A DNA stretch of 64,000 nucleotides, from assembly GCF_000143415.4 (NCBI RefSeq), contig NW_003314269.1:1220623-1284622 (forward strand), given 5' to 3'. A program made the position numbers and the translations under genes. The stretch's first letter is position 1. Each line of letters opens with the position of its first letter. Origin of the DNA: Selaginella moellendorffii (Eukaryota; Plantae; Lycopodiophyta). Under the pieces are notes generated by a model, which was given only the letters and a program-made list of their open reading frames with translations, had not been told where the DNA came from and did not search any database. This document shows, piece after piece, positions 61,872 through 64,000 of the stretch.

Positions 61872-64000
61872 TCAAGCTCCTGGTCCATCTTCCACAGTCG
61901 TATACATCAAGGAGGCATTGGGCCCGTCACTCCGAGATAGTACACCTTTCAACTGGCTGACATAAAATACTGGATGAATTTTCACCCCAGCTGGCAGCCG
62001 CACCCGATAAGCCGCTTTACCAATGCGCTCCAGCACTTCATATGGACCAGCATATCGATGGGAGAGTTTATCACTCTTCCCTATCCGTAAAGGCACCAAG
62101 GTGTTTCGCCGCTCACTTGACGGAAAGATCACTCGCACGAAGACGAGATCACCCACCTTATATTCCCGGAATTGGCGATGCTCATTAGCAAACTTCTCCG
62201 CTCTATCCTGAGCTGCTTGCAAATTCCGTTTGCATACCACCAGAATCTCATCAAGTTCTGTGGCCAGATCAGTTGCCTCGGAATCAAGCTTTTCTTGAAC
62301 GTCCTTACTCAAATGCAATCCCAACTCCACCGCTGTTCGAGGATGCCTTCCAAACATCGCAAAGTAAGGACTTAGCTTGGTTCCACTGTGTTGGCTATTG
62401 TTGTAAGCAAATTGCACCAACGGAAGATATAGATCCCACTGTCCTTGCCTTTGACCAATGCTACAACGTAGCATATCCTCCACCACCTGATTCACACGCT
62501 CAGTTTGCCCATCCGTCTGAGGATGATCTCCACTCGAGAGTTTCAAAGTCACTTGCATAGCCTTTGCAAAACTTTTCCAAAATCCACTGGTGAACTTTGA
62601 ATCTCGATCACTAATGATGTCCTCCGGCAAACCAAAATCAGGAAAAACCTTCTCCAAGTAAACCGCAGCCAAGTCTGAGGCAGTGACAGTCTTCCGAAGA
62701 GCCAACAACCGCACATACTTCGTCAACCGATCTACTATGACCCATACTTGCTCCTTTTGCCTCTGTGTTCGTGGCAAACAAGTGATGAAGTCCATAGAGA
62801 TACTACACCAACAGCTCGGAGGAATAGGTAAAGGTTGCAAAAGTCCCCCCGGCTTCTCCCGTGGCACCTTAACCCGCTGACAAAGCTCGCATGATTTACA
62901 ATACTTGAGGATATCAGCCTTCATATTCCTCCAATAAAAGTTGCGCTTAATCAACTCATACGTCTTCTTCCCCCCAAAATGACCGGCCTCTGGACGATCA
63001 TGATAGTGGAATAAAACTTGAGTAATTAACGCATCCACCCGTGGCAAATAGACACGGCCATTGTAGTAGAAAATCCCATCCACCAATGAGAAAGGAGCTT
63101 CCATCTGGTCTCGCAAAGAGGCCACCTCAGCATCCTGAGCCTGAGCATGCTCAACCAACTGCCCAAACTCGCTGACCACCTTACTCAAATGATGACAAAA
63201 TCGTGTTCGTAACATCGTCACATGACGAACACGAGATAAAGCATCTGCCACCACATTTGATTTTCCTGGACGATGCTCAATAGGAAACTCCCCAAACTCC
63301 ATGAGTTTGACCATCCAACGAGCTTGCCTAGTGTTCAACTCCTTCTGTGTGAAAAGATACACAAGTGGTTTGTGATCTGTCAACACCACGAACACTGCAC
63401 CATAAAGATAGTGCCGCCACGTCCGCAAAGCATGAACAATAGAGAGTAACTCTTGCTCATATGTGGAATAGCGTTGCTCCGCGGAATTCAAAGTTCGACT
63501 CTCATATGCAATAGGTTGTCCCTCTTGCATGAGAACTCCTCCCAGTGCATAACCACTCGCATCGCATGTCACCTCGTAAGGTTTCGATGGATCAGCAATG
63601 CGAAGCACTGGAGCCTCGATCAACAATCGTTTCAGCGCCACAAAACTCTCCTCTTGTGGCGTCTTCCACTCGAATGGCACATTCTTGCGTAACAACCGCG
63701 TCAATGGAATAGCCACCTCTGCAAACTTATGCTGGAAACGTCGGTAGTAACTAGCCATACCAAGAAAACTGCGCAACTCGGCCACTGTAGTCGGTGTAAG
63801 CTAGTTTTCCACCACAGCCACCTTCCTTGGATCCGTCTTGACACCCTTAGATGTCACAATATGGCCTAGATATTCCACCTCCGACTTTGCAAATTCACAT
63901 TTGCTCTTCTTCGCATAAAGTTTGCTGTCTCGAAGTAACAAAAGAACCTTGCGCAAATGCACCCTATGCTCCTCCATATTCTTGCTAAAAACAAGAATAT
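61872..64000 (-). mobile_element. Ty3/gypsy pol (RT C-terminus, RNase H, integrase), continues beyond window; in-frame TAG at 63801-63803
   Basis: Integrase core SMDFI, VDRLTK, IISDRDSKFTS, HPQTDGQTERVNQ, GPY motif YAGPYEV..IHPVFYVSQLK. Confidence 0.95.

Overview
Eukaryotic, very gene-dense land-plant nuclear DNA. Introns are mostly 40-70 nt and intergenic gaps often under 200 bp; this pattern suggests a lycophyte such as Selaginella (inference). Bases 1-56.7 kb hold about 23 protein-coding genes: KORRIGAN-type GH9 3' end, two AT-rich pectin methylesterases, a CPK16/18/28-type CDPK, a TraB-like plastid protein, a DUF21/CBS protein, a SprT/SPRTN-like protease, threonine dehydratase, an R2R3-MYB, a Cys-rich zinc finger fused to an M18 aminopeptidase, prefoldin 6, an NDUFAF7/MidA-family methyltransferase, intronless SLU7, DUF630/632, PEX11, ubinuclein, NOP2, three P-class PPRs, a small HSP, beta-tubulin, a paladin-like protein and one unknown. 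Bases 57-64 kb are an AT-rich nested LTR-retrotransposon cluster. Most notable: (1) an in-frame fusion of a zf-4CXXC_R1-like zinc finger plus NLS to an M18 aspartyl aminopeptidase that lacks its catalytic Glu (DNEE->DNGE); (2) a PPT-LTR-PBS junction joined to an inverted copy of the same pol, giving a >1.2 kb inverted repeat; (3) a short LTR+PBS element with tRNA-type A/B boxes. Gene coordinates span first to last codon including introns; splice models were read by eye.
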